NCBI GenBank assembly: GCA_002104905.1
Contig: MCFE01000318.1
Coordinates: 32,141 to 96,140 of the forward strand
DNA: 64,000 nt
Reading direction: 5' to 3'
From: Basidiobolus meristosporus CBS 931.73
Taxonomy: Eukaryota; Fungi; Basidiobolomycota
Below are positions 53,520 to 64,000 of this stretch, piece by piece. A program made the position numbers and the translations under genes. Under the pieces are notes generated by a model. It ran no database searches. It was not told where the DNA came from and was given only the letters and a program-made list of their open reading frames with translations. Every line of letters starts with the position of its first letter. The first letter of the stretch is position 1.

Positions 53520-55100
53520 TAATTGGTCACTACTGTACTAACATTACCTTGCCAGCCAGTTGATACTTTTATATTGGCACCTGGCCATCTTTGTCACCTT
53601 GTGCAAACTGAGTCAGGTGAGTTTGTGATGCCTTTAGGCTCACCTCAGCCTTCTGAATATGGCATGCAGAGTGATAGCTTTGATGAGGAAGGTTCACTGA
53701 TGGATTTTGAGCCTATCTCTCCTAACAACAGTACCACATATGAGCCTGGTCAAATCCCTATATGCAATGAGACAACACCCATTGAAACAAATGCTAAGGA
53801 TACTTTATGGGGTCATGAGTATCCACTACCCTAAGTACTTCTCATGGGATCCAATTAATATTCATACCCTTATGCAACAATACAAATGCAAAAACTGGAT
53901 GAACTGGATATGTATTTATTCAAGTGGTATTCTGAAGCCATTCCTACCAAGAGTACATTGGAAGCATTGGGAGTCATATGTGGACATTGTAGGAATATTT
54001 ATCCAGAAGTGGATCACCAATGCCAACTTGACGCATCTACAGCTGTTGTGTGAGGAGTTTGTAACGGGATTTGAGCGGCTGTACTACAAACATAAAGCTG
54101 AACATGTAGATCTCTGCCGCTACTGTATCCATTCTCTACTCCATCTTGCACAGTGTGTGGAGAATATTGGGCCTTGCTTGACCTTTTGGGAGTTTCCTAT
54201 GGAGCAGATGTGTTGGGATATAGGAAGACAAGTTAAGTTGCAGGTACTACCAAATCCCAATCTCATAAAGAATATAACCTTCAAGTCTGTCATGGATGTG
54301 ATGAGTTGGCACATGGAGGACAGCTAGAAAGAGTTGGAAAATACTGAGAACAAATGTGCACATGGAGACACCTATGCCTATGGCATTAAGAAGCTAAGCA
54401 GCCCCAATGCATGGGTAATCAGTTAAGTAATGCAAAGTTGGGTTGGGTGCAACAAGCAACTAATTTTTATCAGGAAAACTCCACCTAGATATGCTGGATT
54501 TCTTGTGGTCACAAGCCAACTTCTACACCATTCAATATGGAATTCACACAAACAAAAGCCAAAGCTCACCTATAAGGGGGACTAGAACCCAGCAGGGAGA
54601 AGGAATATATTGGCTAAATACCAAGAAGTTCTTTGCCAATATTCAGGAGGTATTATGGCAGAAGTGGCAACAACCAAGCATATGTTTGCAAGATGTATAT
54701 GCTACCAGCAGTACAAGGTATATGGCAACTTTGCAAGTATCACACTAAAAAGCCGTAAAGTTGAGGTGATAGAAGTATGTCAATTGCGGCAGGTGTGCGC
54801 ATTTGTAGATGCTAGTAAGCAGGAGGCCATAGTTTTTTTTGATTCAAACTATATGTGGAATACCCAAGGTAGTAGTGGGTAAGCAAATAAAGAAAGGTGA
54901 TTCTACAGTGGAATATATGAATTGCACAAGGGGAGGTAGAAAAGGAAATACCATTTGGTAAATTGGTACGGTAGCATTATACAGAACCAGTGGCTGGCTG
55001 TCATACTGCCAAGAAAAAGCCATCAGAGTCTTGCTGTGAGGCCGTCAAAATACCGTCAAGTTTCTTGCCATATATGGCAATTGGAAGTCCTGGCCAACTG
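53520..55100 (+). pseudogene. CACTA transposase remnant lacking the tnp2 core (deletion near 53820); ends approximate
   Basis: The N-terminus joins directly to YPKY..WMNWI..HLAQCVENIGPCLTFWEFPMEQMC. Confidence 0.85.
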
Positions 55101-56028
55101 GATCCACTTAAAATAGTAATAGAGCGCTGAAAGACCGCAACAATGCCATGGAAATATTGTCACAGCACCAATCAAAAATTGTCAAGCTTTATCCCTTTAT
55201 TTGGCTGTAAAATTTGCAAAACACCGTCATGATCTTGTTATAAGACTGTCAGTAGGGTCACTAATTCCAAGCTGCTGTTATTATGACAGCCTCTAAATGG
55301 GATCTTAACGGATGATCTGGATCAGATCTACCCGCGGGACCAAATTATTTTTCATAGGGCTACATAAGCTTCTTTAGATAGGGTATTACTGGAATATATC
55401 CAGAGTGTGAACAATGTTTTCCCCCAATAGTGGTGGATTCCTGACAAGTTGGACACCTTCCAATGGTGGCATTTTCCAATATGAATGCCATGCAACTGTT
55501 AACATATGCCGGTAGCAGGATGGACTCTGGTTCATATGTTGCTGGCTGCATGATGGTTGTCCATTTATGCCATATACATGGTAGGTTGCATCCTAGTATA
55601 ATATTGGCAAGAAGCAGTAGTAGATCCTCAAAGCCCCCGTTACTGATATTAGTGGAAATGTGCCACTTTCCTAGCCATAACATCACATCATTCACCAGTT
55701 GATGGATTACTGAGCTCATTTGACTCCATAAAATAGCCTTGGCATTTTTTTCCACAGGTGCTGTCTCATTGCATAAAGGAATTTTGCCAGGCTCATGCAG
55801 GGTACTGTTGTTAGGGAAGCTAGGCTCACGATCCATCAGTGGGCCTACATCTTCAGAGCAATCTCTCAGTGTGCCATATTCAGAAGGCTGGGGTGAGCCT
55901 AAAGGCATCACAAACTCACCTGACTCAGCTTGAATAAGGTGACAAGTAAGGCTAGGTGCTATTATAACTGTATCAAGCCACTGGCAAGATATTGCTGGCA
56001 CAGTAGTGATTGGTGAATGGTCAAATAC

Positions 56029-56377
56029 TGTTGTAAGAGTCTTGGAGATATTGGAAGTGATTTGGAGAACAAGTAGATAATGTGGTTTTCACTTAATGAT
56101 TTATTGAATGTAAAAGTAGTAATTATACTTTTACCTGGTCTTGGCATTACAAACACGTAGAATAGGTTAAGGAAGGTCCTAAGAATATGTGTGTAAAGTT
56201 TGGGGCTGTTTGGACAACTTTGAGAATTTTCATGTTCTGGGTACCTGGTATTTTGGTAAAAATATTCTAAGTAAATCCCAACAAGGAATTTGGTCAGTAT
56301 TCTCTAGGATTTGAGGGTAATGATCTAAGTGACTAAGATAGGTGAATATTTAGGTGGAATTACAAAGTTTTACAACA
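56029..56377 (-). mobile_element. Copia-1 solo LTR (349 bp)
   Basis: TGTTGTAA...TTACAACA; perfect 5-bp TSD AATAC. Confidence 0.93.
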
Positions 56378-56739
56378 AATACAACTTGTGTTGCAAAACA
56401 CTGGCCATGATCCTTCTCATTCTTCCTATGCTGTCTGTGTGCTTTGTGGCTGAGAGGTTGGCTACAATAGCCACATGGTCTTTTTTCTCTTCACTTATGG
56501 CATTAAATCAAAGAGTCTTATCCATGGGACAAACAGCTTGACACTCAGCAATGTAATGCCATTACATCACTCTTTGATCATTATGTTTACAACAGTCTAG
56601 TATTTGAGATATTGCACCTACATGAGTGTAAGATTCAATGATGACCTGCCATAATAAGTATCAGTAATAAAGTTGTGGCACCACATACACATTTATATGT
56701 AACACCCTTTCCCCTTTGGTTTGACTCACTTGCATATAT

Positions 56740-58808
56740 ATGCCACCAAAAAATAAAGCAAAGTTGTCTAGCCCCCAACTAAACCCCACCACTGACAGCA
56801 GCAGAAGAACAGTTGGACAACAGCTTGCTTTGAAATTTGGTGCAACAAGAAGGGCTACAATCAAAAAAGGCCTTGTGGACAGTGTGCCTACTGGAGAAAA
56901 TGATGTAAACTCCTCAGGCTCTCAGTCTAGTAGGCAATTGGGAATCTCTTTGGAGCCACAAGCAGACCATATTGCTGAAGCAGATAAGAATGTAGCACAA
57001 GTAGCACCTTCAGTTGAAGACCAGCAAATGGTGGTTGTAACATCAGCATCACCTGTATTGGCAAGTATGTTGTCAGCTCATACCAAAGCATTAATGAGGC
57101 TATTAGGTGCAGTGGCTGATAAGATAGATGCAATGACCCAGAGAAATTAGGAAATAGCCCAGAAACAGGATGAGCAAATAATAGGTGTAAAGCAATGAAT
57201 ATATCATGTAGAAAAATCAGTATCTTTGCTGTAGAGAAGGTACGCAAGTAGCTCAATGTCACAGCCAAGAATTGAGCCATTTCCCAATGTAACAGCAGAG
57301 GAACACCATACACTCTTTGAAGTACGCCAACAGTGCCCAAAAATAAAGCCCAGAGAGAAACCTATCACAGCCTTGGAGGGAGAAAATGTAGTATTTATAC
57401 CAAGGCCTAAAAATCAAAGGACATTGAAGATCTGTGAAGCCTCTGAGTACAATGATGAAGAGTGGGCTAATATTCAAGAGGCCATCAGAAGTCTAACACA
57501 CTAACACCTTAAGGCTAGCATACCATGAGACCATCAAGACCTCAATGCCAAGTGGAATGTGCCTGACTTGCTCTTTGAGCATTATCCTAGATTCAAACAA
57601 GCAAATGGTTTTTGGGCCAGCATTGGTATGCTAAGAAAGTATCTCAAGAATAGCAGAAACTATCAGAGGCAGAAGGACTAGGGTACAATGGCTAAAAACC
57701 AGCAGCTTCCTCAAGAGCCTGTTACAAGCAGGGCCAAAAGCTCTAAACAATTGTCAAAGAGACATCAGGTAGCTGGAAGAGTGCCAATAAGGGAAAAGCA
57801 GGCAGACGCAGATGCACCAGCACAACATTCACCAAGGTAAAAGTGTGGTACTTCTCAAGAAGCATTCAGTCAAAGTAGCATTGAAGGACCTGGTAGTGAT
57901 AAAAATAAACAGCTACCTCAGGAGCCCATGACAGCATGGGCTGAGAGCTCAAAACAAGCAGAAAAGAAGCATCATGTTGCCTGCAGACTGCCAGCAAGAG
58001 ACAAGCAGGCCAAAACAGATGCATCAGAGTAGCATTTATCAATCAGAAAACATAGTTCAATACAAGAAGCACTCAGATAAAGTAGCAGTGAAAGACCTGG
58101 TAGTGATAAAGGAAAAGGTAAAGGGAAAAAGTCTACCCAAGTTAGAGACAGGGATGCATAAGGAAAAAGCTGCAATTCTTGCCAATTAATGCCATAAGCC
58201 TGGACCAGACAGAATCCCATCATAGCCAAGAAGAATTACTAACAAGAAAACCGCTGTTTTCACAAGAGCTGAAAGTGCAGCCAGTTAAGCTACACTCCAG
58301 TGAGGCCAATGAGTTTGCAGAGAAAGGCAATTTGTCTACCACAGCCTCCACATCTTCCATTGCTGACAGAGTGGAGATTCCACTGACAGACAACACAACA
58401 ATGTCAAGAGCTCAGAAGGTTACCACAATGCCTTCAGTGGAATTTTGAACATTAATAGACACACCAAGAGGTTGCAGCACTTCTTTAAGAGCAGTGCTCA
58501 AGAAAATGCACTTGAATATTGTAAGGATTTATTGCAAAGACTGGCAGATGAGGTGCTAGACCTTGCAGTGCTGGCTGAAGACCAGGACATGTAGGAGTCA
58601 GTGAGTGAACAGTGGCTTAGAGCTATAGGGTTCCCACCAAAGTCATGGAAACTGAGCATTACAGCAGAAATACTAAATGTGTGGTGGATTTTAATGGAGT
58701 TACTTGTTGAGTGTGGGGTTGGGCTTAATGTTAGTGTAGGGTAAAGGGACCTGTGTAGGTTAATACCATTGGCAATTGAGGTACAAGCAAAGTTTCAATG
58801 GATATAAA
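56740..58808 (+). pseudogene. TnpA-like ORF of the outer CACTA element
   Basis: MPPKNKAKLSSPQ start; colinear with the reverse complement of 51074-53141. Confidence 0.8.
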
Positions 58809-59544
58809 ACAATTTGTATGCACAAAAAGTAAGAGAAATGGTTGAGTCAGGAAGTAAGGAGTCTGAAAAAGTGGCAATAGCCAATCAATGCACACAAATG
58901 TAGGAGGTGATAGAGTGTCTGGGATCAGAAAGTGTGAAAATTGGTTGAGAACCAATCAAAAGCCACTTTTGTTTTGTTGTGATGAAAATTTTGACCAAGT
59001 TTCTTGTGAAATCTGGGGTGCAATTAGTTTTTGAAGGTCTTTGCACAGTGTCCTGATAAGATCAATACCTCTTAGTCATGGGAATTAGAATTGGCAATGG
59101 CCTTTTGACAAGATCATCACAATGATTTTCATAGGGAAACAACATCTACTTTTAGATTATTGTAAGCATTGGGAAATATATGCATACACTGTAGGGGTGT
59201 TTGTCAAAAAGTGGAACACTAATATCAATTTGGCATAACTATGGCTTTTATGCACAGAGTTTGTGACAGGATTGTAGTGCCCACATTGCTAGCATAAAGC
59301 TGAGCTCATTTATCTCTGCTACTGTATCTATTCTTGACTCCCTCTTGCTCAAGATGTAGAGAACAACAGGGCATGCTTCACTTTCTAGGGGTTTCCCACA
59401 GAGCAGATGTGTGGGGAGATGGGAAGAGAAGTTAAGTTATAAATACAGTCATATCCCTATCTCATCCAGCATATTACCTTCAAGTGTTTGATGTCTAACT
59501 CAAAGCCCAAAAACCGGTGTGTCAGGCTATTATGGGGGGGGTAA

Positions 59545-60671
59545 ATACCACCTCTTCATTAGTGGTGTGCACTTCCACAAGTACCATCTTAATAACCAAC
59601 ATGGATCTTATGTTTATTGAATATTTATTTCTTCTCCTGCTAACATTTTGGAAATAAAAAAACTTTGTCTTGGATGCATCTTTCTAACAAATGAGCATGA
59701 AGGATGTGTGCTTTCTAATGCTTTCAAGGCATTCTTTGCTGTTTTAGCTACTGAGCATCAGATAGGCTCTTTGCCTTAACACTCCCTATACAAATGCACA
59801 AAGTTGGAATTCATTGGATTGTTGCTAGCATTCTGCTGGCATTCTGATGGTGTTTCACTAGTATTCTGATGGTGCTTTACTAGTACTCTGATGGTGTTTT
59901 GCTGGTGTTTTGCCAATGCTTCTGCTACATATTTTCAGTTGCAATTTTTGGTGGAAGTAATGATTACCAAATTGGAAGGATGTCCACTTGTCTGCTTTGG
60001 AGCTATTACTTGAGATCTTGAGAGTTGTCACTTCTCAGAAGGTTAGAGTTCAGTCAATATTATCATGTTATTCTGCTGGCCTTTCCTTTGATTTTCTTCT
60101 TAGAGATTACAGTATATGTAGTTCAAGAACTTTGTTCTTTCTTTCCATATATTGAGGCTTCTTCTCCTATATTTTTAGGAGGACATTCTTTGCCAATGAG
60201 AGCATCCCACAGGCCTCATTCCTGTAGCATCATTTTGATCTTCACCTTGCAGACTTGCCAGTTACATCCATCCAGCTTTTGAGTAAATAGAAAATTGCAG
60301 CAAGTGACAGCTTAGGGCTCATAAGCATCTGTAAGAGTCTTGGAGATATCTGAAGCCACTGGGCAAAAAAGCAGATTTTGTGAATTTCACAAAGTAGTGT
60401 ATTACAGTTTTAAGTGGTACTTATACTGTGCATCATCTTGCCAACTAACAAATGTAAAATATGTCATGAGAGGCCCCAAGGGCATGTGTGCAATGCTTAG
60501 GGCTGCTGGGATAGCCTTTGAGCTCTTCATGTTTTGTGTATTTGATGTCTTGGTGAGAATATATCAAGCAAGTCCCAACAAGGAATTTGGGCTGAACTCT
60601 GAGATATTAGACCATGAGCAAGGTAGCAAAGATAGGGGAGTATCTAGATATAGTTACAAAATTACAAAACA
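59545..60671 (-). mobile_element. copia 5' fragment: LTR 60327-60671, PBS 60315-60326, gag N-terminus interrupted by a MITE
   Basis: KLDGCNWQVCKVKIKMMLQE*GLWD gag; (G/C)TTATGAGCCC PBS. Confidence 0.82.
59784..60105. mobile_element. CCCTA-type MITE (322 bp) with three roughly 22-nt internal repeats
   Basis: CCCTATACAAAT...TTCTTCTTAGAG; TSD ACT/ATT; removal restores the gag frame LNYIYCSVK. Confidence 0.75.
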
Positions 60672-61330
60672 CAGGATGCCTCTTTCTTTACAGTAATGGA
60701 GCAATCTCATGAAACTTGAGAAAGTAACCAACCATCAAGCTTTCTACCATAGAAACAGAGTATTTAAGATTTAGGTCTATTCAAAGTGTGCATTACTACT
60801 ATATTTCAGGATACTCAAAGGCATATGAGATTAGCTAAAGATCCAACTTTTCTTACTGGAACTAGGTAAATAGGTAATAGTCACTATCTCATCTGAGAAG
60901 GTATAGAGTATGACTTAGTTAGGTTAGTTTACTGTCCCACAGATGGAATGATTGCCAATACACTCACAAGACCATTAGCTATAGACAGATCTGAATATCT
61001 TGGATCACAATGGTGCTAGATAACATGCATATTTAGCTGAGTGGGAGTGTTGTAAGTTCTGCAATTATACCTGGGTATTTGCCTTAGTCACTTAGATCAC
61101 AGTCTACAGAATTTAGAGAAATATGGCTAAACTCCTTGTCAGAATTTGCTTAGAATATTTCACCAAAATTGCTGGTACCCAGGACATGAAAAGAATCTCA
61201 AAGATGTCCAAACAGCCCCAAGCTTTGCACACATGATTTGTTCTCCCAAACACTTCCAATATCTCCAAAACTCTTACAGCAGGTTATGAGCCCCAAGACA
61301 TGACTCTCTGCAATGTGTATGACCTATGCA
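60672..61330 (+). mobile_element. copia RNase H remnant, PPT, internally deleted LTR (61048-61281), PBS (61282-61293) and start of the 5' UTR
   Basis: LVYCPTDGMIANTLTRPL remnant; GAGTGGGAG|TGTTGTAA...CTTACAGCA|GGTTATGAGCCC. Confidence 0.85.
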
Positions 61331-61880
61331 TGCTTTGCCAAAACTTTGCAAAATAACAAACAACACTCCTTGATATCATGAAAATTACGTAACCAAGTTG
61401 TTCCATCAATTGGCTTCAATCACTTAGAAATCCTCACAGCACATTCTACTCGAAGTGTAATCTGTTTGATTATGGATTTGTACCCATCCAATGAGTCAGA
61501 AGCTAACTGGGTGAGCATTATTGGCCACCAAATTTGTGGGCAGGCTTTTTAATATGGCGATCACAGCTTTGGCTAGAGCAATCTGGGGGAAATCCCCAGT
61601 TTGTTCCATGTTGCGGAGGAGGTGGTCGTAGGCTAGCCACTCTGATAGTTGGGCAGTGGAATTAGCCCCCTCAAGCATAGAACAGGGATCTACACAGCAT
61701 TGGATGCTTTAGGGGTGAAACAAGATAGGAAAACGTATGATCACTCGGTGGTGCGCAAACCAAAGCATCAACCAAGCCAGGAGGCATCTCCTGAACCACC
61801 CACTGTACAGATCGGGCAGAGGCAGCCAGGAAACGTACGCAGAAGGAAGTATTCAGGGCGATGCATGGAGGGTGGTTGGA

Positions 61881-61887
61881 TATAAAT
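61881..61887 (+). promoter_or_regulatory. putative TATA box
   Basis: TATAAAT 49 bp upstream of the ATG at 61930. Confidence 0.5.
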
Positions 61888-61929
61888 GAGGATGATCAGG
61901 TCACTTCCGACTCAGTATCTCCTCCAACC

Positions 61930-62382
61930 ATGAAATACACCTACATCGCTCTTTTGCTCACCTTGGTCTTGATGGCAGTTCAGGAGGTGAAGGCCGCCTG
62001 CAATGCCCAGGTCACCTTCGACGCTTGTATTGAGCGTGGCAAACAGTATTTCTCCCTGTGCTCGGAGACCGACTGGGCTTGCAAGTGCCAACGACAGAAG
62101 GACATCATGAACTGCTACAACCTCTGCCTGGAGGATGCTGTGGTCCAAGCCCAAGCCGAGATTCAGAAAACGGTCGTCAACGCCAACTGCATCCAGGCCA
62201 CCACGTCCACCAGCACTAGACTGCCAACGGTCACTTCCGCCCTCTCCAGTCAGCCGGCCTCGACCGGTACCCCAAGTGCCACCAATGCTCCCGCCCCCAA
62301 CAGTGCCAACCAGAAAACCACCTTCCCAGCAGGGATTTGGATCGCCGCAATCGCCAGCGTCTTCCTAGGAAATAGAAACTAG
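61930..62382 (+). CDS. secreted 8-cysteine, Ser/Thr-rich, probably GPI-anchored cell-surface protein (150 aa, CFEM-like spacing)
   Basis: Signal peptide MKYTYIALLLTLVLMAVQEVKA; C-x8-C-x10-C-xxTD-xx-CxC-x8-C-x3-C-x19-C-like domain; S/T/P-rich stalk; hydrophobic C-terminus GIWIAAIASVFL; normal CpG content. Confidence 0.88.
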   Translation: MKYTYIALLLTLVLMAVQEVKAACNAQVTFDACIERGKQYFSLCSETDWACKCQRQKDIMNCYNLCLEDAVVQAQAEIQKTVVNANCIQATTSTSTRLPTVTSALSSQPASTGTPSATNAPAPNSANQKTTFPAGIWIAAIASVFLGNRN

Positions 62383-62568
62383 ACCAACATAGATATAGTG
62401 TGTAGTGAATCAGTCGGATTACTTGGATGTTCCATATCACCACCTAATAAACAACCACATCAAAATCAACGGGGGTCATCATTGATCCATTGGACGAAGG
62501 GGATTTCTCCTTTTTAGCTCGGATTTGGTTGCCATGGTTGGTTTGAGGTTGGATACAGCGAGTTTACA

Positions 62569-63955
62569 ATGAACTCCACCGTCAACACCCTAATCCAGGA
62601 CAAGATAGTCCAACTCGAGAGCGGCCTTTCGGTCGATGAGGAACAGGAGAGACTTCTAGGTAGGTGGCCTCCCGTTGGTTAGAGTTAGGTGCGGCAAAAC
62701 GGTTACTGACACTCCGTAGCCAAGGAATTGGACCAAGTGAGGAATGAGTTGGAGGGACTGGTACCCCAGGGAAGCCAGGAGGGCTCCCCGTTCTCTGCAC
62801 TCAAAGACAAGTATCTGACTTTGGTATGAATCGCGTTGGAACCGATTTTCCTGGAAAGTGGTCGCTTCTCCGGCTTGTAACTCACCAGCCTGTTTTCGAC
62901 TCGTAGTTTCAGGCGAAGTTCCGTTTGGAGCAGGACCAGGCTAAGATCCACCGTAAAGCTGACCTGATCGGTCGTGAGCGGGACTCAGGTAAGCCTCCTT
63001 CCGCCCCAACCAACCACTCGACCCACCCTTTGCTCACACCCCGGATCGCCGGGCACCCCCCGAATCCCCCAGTCAAGGCCGACCTATCGAAAGTCTCCGA
63101 ACTCAAAGGGAAACTTGAAAACCTATGCCGGGAGCTTCAACGAGAGAACAAGCGGATCAAGGTAAGGGGTCAGCAGAGGAGCGCAATCAGTCGGACCAAG
63201 GCCGCTCATCCCGCACGTTTAGGAGGAGAGCTTGCGCATCGCCCAGGAGGAACAATCGAAGCGGATGGAAATCTCGGGTAAGTTCGAATCGGCCATCCAG
63301 GAAATTCGAGTCAAGATGGACCAAGACTCCGAGGAGAACCGAAAGCGTGCGGAGGAAAATGCTGCGTAAGACTGCTTGATCGCACTCTTCCTGTGATCCT
63401 TGCTGATGTCGGTTTGGACGATCCATCCAGGTTGAAGGAGAAGTTCCAGAGCTTCCTGGCGCAGTTCGACCTTAGCGAGCAGCACCACAACTCCATCATC
63501 AAATCGAAGAACCTCGAGATCCAACTCCTGGAGGCCAAGATCAACCAACATGTGGAATCCACGGCGCAGGAAATGGCCAAGGTACACTTGAGGTTTCTTC
63601 GAACTTGGGAGCAATTCGAACCTAACTGGACGGAGCCTTTGTAGGCGCAAGCGATCACGATCGAGCTCAGCGAGTCCATCCAACGAGAAACGGAGCTGCG
63701 AGAGCAGCTGACCGTGTACGTGGAGAAATTCAAGCAGGTAGAAGGGACGCTCAGTCAAAGCAACGAGATCTTCACCACATTCCGCCAGGAGATGGAGCAG
63801 GTATTGGTTTTCGTAGGAAATCATTGTCGCTGCGGACGCGACTGGACTTTTGGAGCTAGCTAAGGAAGAGGACCAAGAAATACGAGAAAGAAAACCTCCT
63901 GATCAAGCAGAAATGCGAGCAAATGAATCGAGTTATCCTGGAGATGGTGGAGGAG
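62569..63955 (+). CDS. taxilin-family coiled-coil protein, 8 exons visible, 3' end beyond the window. Exons: 62569-62659, 62720-62823, 62907-62988, 63073-63161, 63223-63365, 63431-63581, 63645-63800, 63860-63955
   Basis: All seven introns are GT-AG, 59-84 nt and phase-consistent; taxilin motifs KLENLCRELQRENK, LKEKFQSFLAQFDL, ELREQLTVYVEKFKQVE.TLSQSNEIFTTFRQEME, KKYEKEN. Confidence 0.9.
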
Positions 63956-64000
63956 GTTGGGCCCTGACGCTAATGAACCACGGATATCTGCTAACCTATG

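Larger units (their letters stand above)
50755..55359. mobile_element. TIR-to-TIR CACTA-family element (inner, 4.6 kb) with an approximately 1.1-kb deletion in the transposase
   Basis: CCCTATGAAAAAT...ATTTTTCATAGGG; duplicated flank CTA(C); host transposase resumes at 55360. Confidence 0.92.
48259..59136. mobile_element. TIR-to-TIR CACTA-family element (outer), transposase on minus, TnpA-like ORF on plus, with three nested insertions
   Basis: CCCTATGAAAAA at 48259 and TTTTCATAGGG ending at 59136; TSD AAA. Confidence 0.88.

Noticed and set aside
50751-55363. Apparent 4-bp TSD (CTAC) for the inner CACTA element, which would be atypical
   Set aside because: It reads equally well as 3-bp CTA plus an extra terminal C, and three other family insertions (48259, 25899, 59784) give 3-bp TSDs
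6506-59136. CCCTA motifs as telomeric repeats
   Set aside because: They occur singly as transposon TIRs, never as (CCCTAA)n arrays
59838-59903. Short direct repeats resembling a CRISPR array
   Set aside because: Tandem 22-nt units without unique spacers, inside a MITE in eukaryotic DNA; no cas genes
11527-61293. tRNA-like sequences
   Set aside because: Only 10-18 nt PBS complements are present; no cloverleaf-forming tRNA gene was seen
61861-61929. Upstream ATG giving a 173-aa version of the secreted protein
   Set aside because: It would bury the signal peptide, and a TATA-like box lies inside this extension; the ATG at 61930 is preferred
62582-63824. Antisense and alternative-frame ORFs over the taxilin gene (e.g. 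63219-63824 minus) and the many 60-150 aa ORFs in TE DNA
   Set aside because: They are shadows of the spliced gene or out-of-frame fragments of decayed TE ORFs, with no independent protein features

Overview
Eukaryotic, almost certainly fungal, genomic DNA. An early-diverging fungus is inferred from the 59-84 nt GT-AG introns, a fungal-type tRNA-iMet PBS and a fungal GPI-protein family. About 1-61.4 kb is a strongly CpG-depleted graveyard of nested transposons. It holds at least 8 fragments or copies of one CACTA/EnSpm-like DNA transposon family with CCCTATGAAAA TIRs and two divergently oriented ORFs, Ty1/copia and Ty3/gypsy relics, a gag-protease-only LTR element, solo LTRs of several families and two MITE/foldback families. 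No TE ORF is intact. From about 61.5 kb CpG content returns abruptly and two host genes follow: a secreted 8-Cys, Ser/Thr-rich, probably GPI-anchored protein (61930-62382) and a multi-exon taxilin-family gene that runs off the window end. The most striking signal is that all five complete target-site duplications of the related LTR-A/LTR-B retroelements are 4 bp and either contain a central CpG or trace back to one (NCGN), which suggests CpG-targeted integration into a methylated compartment. All coordinates and counts were read by eye; no alignments or database searches were run.
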